A stretch of 7,019 nucleotides of DNA. Source: Octopus sinensis (Eukaryota). The notes beneath the pieces were generated by a model that made no database searches, was not told the DNA's origin, and worked only from the letters and a program-made list of their open reading frames with translations. Positions within the stretch are counted from its first letter, which is position 1. Each line of letters starts with the position of its first letter. Of this stretch, positions 5,505 to 7,019 are shown piece by piece. Both the position numbers and the translations under genes were made by a program. Location of the stretch: the NCBI RefSeq assembly GCF_006345805.1, contig NW_021829488.1, positions 1-7,019 on the forward strand. The letters run 5' to 3'.

Positions 5505-5576
5505 AGACAGACAGATAGATAGATAGATAGATAATATAGATAGATAGATAGAATAATAGATAGATAGATAGATAGA
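5238..5576. repeat. Compound microsatellite block: (TA), (CA), (TAGA), (CAGA), (TA)~23, (GA), (CAGA), (TAGA)
   Basis: Direct reading. Confidence 0.95.
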
Positions 5577-5689
5577 GACATGGGCGAATTTCTGGAAGTC
5601 TTATTGCACTTATACAGGTCTGCATGTTTAACTAATCTCTTATTCTCTCCCTTCACTTCACTGCACTCACTTTACTTACTGCAAATACT

Positions 5690-6009
5690 TTCACACACGC
5701 ACTCACACAACACACTTACTCGCACGCAGGTACACAACACATGTACACGCACGCGCGCACACTCCAACACACACACATTCATATACATACGCACATACTT
5801 CCCTCTCTTCTCTTTCGTTTTTTTTTTCTTTGTTTTTGTTTTTTATTCCCATTCCACATATTTCATACTCACGGATATCTTCATCCCGGTAACCATTCGC
5901 ACACACAAGCATACACACATATGCATTCATACCTGTATGTACACTCCCCCCCCCCCCACACACACACGTACTCGCGCCCACTGATACGCATACGCACACA
6001 CACACACCT

Positions 6010-6049
<40 letters not shown>

Positions 6050-6550
6050 AAGCACACACATACTAACACACACAAACACACTCATACACTCAAACACATA
6101 CACACACATATAACCGAGCACACTCACACATATACGCACACACACTCATACGCACACACTCATACACGTACACACTCATACACACACGCTCACACACACA
6201 CTCACACATACACATACACACTCATACACACACACTCACACTCACACACACACACTCTTACACACACGTACACACTCATACACACACACTCACACTCACA
6301 CACAGACACTCATACACACGTACACACTCATACACACACACTCACACACACACATTCATACACACACGTACACACTCATACACACACACATTCATACACA
6401 CACGTACACACTCATACACACACACACACACTCATACACACACGTACACACTCATACACACACACACACACTCATACACACACGTACACACTCATACACA
6501 CACACACACACTACACACACACGTACATACTCATACACACACGTACACAC
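5690..6550. repeat. Extended degenerate (CA)-rich tract including C12 (5946-5957) and (CT)n (6017-6048)
   Basis: Direct reading. Confidence 0.9.
6391..6510. repeat. 40-bp minisatellite x3 (two alternating 20-bp subunits)
   Basis: ctcatacacacacgtacaca-ctcatacacacacacacaca; 6431-6470 and 6471-6510 are identical, and 6391-6430 differs by 1 nt. Confidence 0.92.
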
Positions 6551-6769
6551 TTTCTCTTACACAATTTCGGTTTGTCTCGCCATTCTTCAAATACTCGCAC
6601 CACCGCCATAACAACAGCAACAACAGCTACAGCTACTAGAATTACCTCAATCGTCATCACAGCCATGACCTCCACCACCTACAACACAAATCCTACCAAC
6701 TGTACCCTACCAATCCGCCCCCCCCCCCCATTCCACTACCAGCAACAGTACATCTATAACCAACAATGT

Positions 6770-6979
6770 CACCACCACCACCACCACCACCACCATTACC
6801 ACCAAAACCACCACCACCACCATTACCACCAAAACCATCGCCGCCACCCCCACCACCACCACCACCACCACCACCACCACCACCACAACCACCACCACCA
6901 TTACCACCACCACCACCACCACCATTACCACCACCACCAACGACAACAACAACAACACCACAACCAACACCACCACCAC
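6770..6979. repeat. Degenerate (ACC)n microsatellite
   Basis: Direct reading; source of the poly-Val ORF. Confidence 0.93.
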
Positions 6980-7019
6980 GACCAGAGCCTTGTGAGTGGA
7001 TTTGGCAGACAGAAACTGT
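6980..7019 (+). mobile_element. SINE family A internal fragment (A4), runs off the window
   Basis: gaccagagccttgtgagtggatttggcagacagaaactg matches 483-522 and the reverse complement of ~4500-4537. Confidence 0.85.

Noticed and set aside
5085-6081. ORFs of 66-161 aa across the TA/CA/GATA tracts
   Set aside because: Di- and tetranucleotide repeat translations (YIYI, CVCV, ERER, LSIY).
6707-6979. 90-aa poly-Val ORF and G-rich minus strand
   Set aside because: (GGT)n microsatellite translation; such tracts are ordinary in this kind of genome.

Overview
AT-rich, non-coding eukaryotic DNA made almost entirely of retroposons and microsatellites. The repeat families resemble those I recall from Octopus (coleoid cephalopod) genomes; this assignment is from memory and is unverified. 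No credible protein-coding gene is present, and the supplied ORFs are microsatellite or SINE translations. The window contains at least three tRNA-derived SINE families, given working labels: A (4 pieces), B (2 copies, one full-length with a 12-bp TSD) and E (5 copies in two head-to-tail clusters). There is also a probable fourth repeat (C) and a 195-bp insert between 21-nt direct repeats. A degraded 3' end of a CR1/L2-group LINE lies on the minus strand (4654-5062) and is missed by the ORF track because of a frameshift and two stops. The main observation is that this LINE ends in the same 52-nt tail as SINE family A (38/52 identical, ungapped, with a compensated hairpin), and a full-length A copy sits 6 nt downstream. 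The window therefore appears to show a LINE and its partner SINE side by side.
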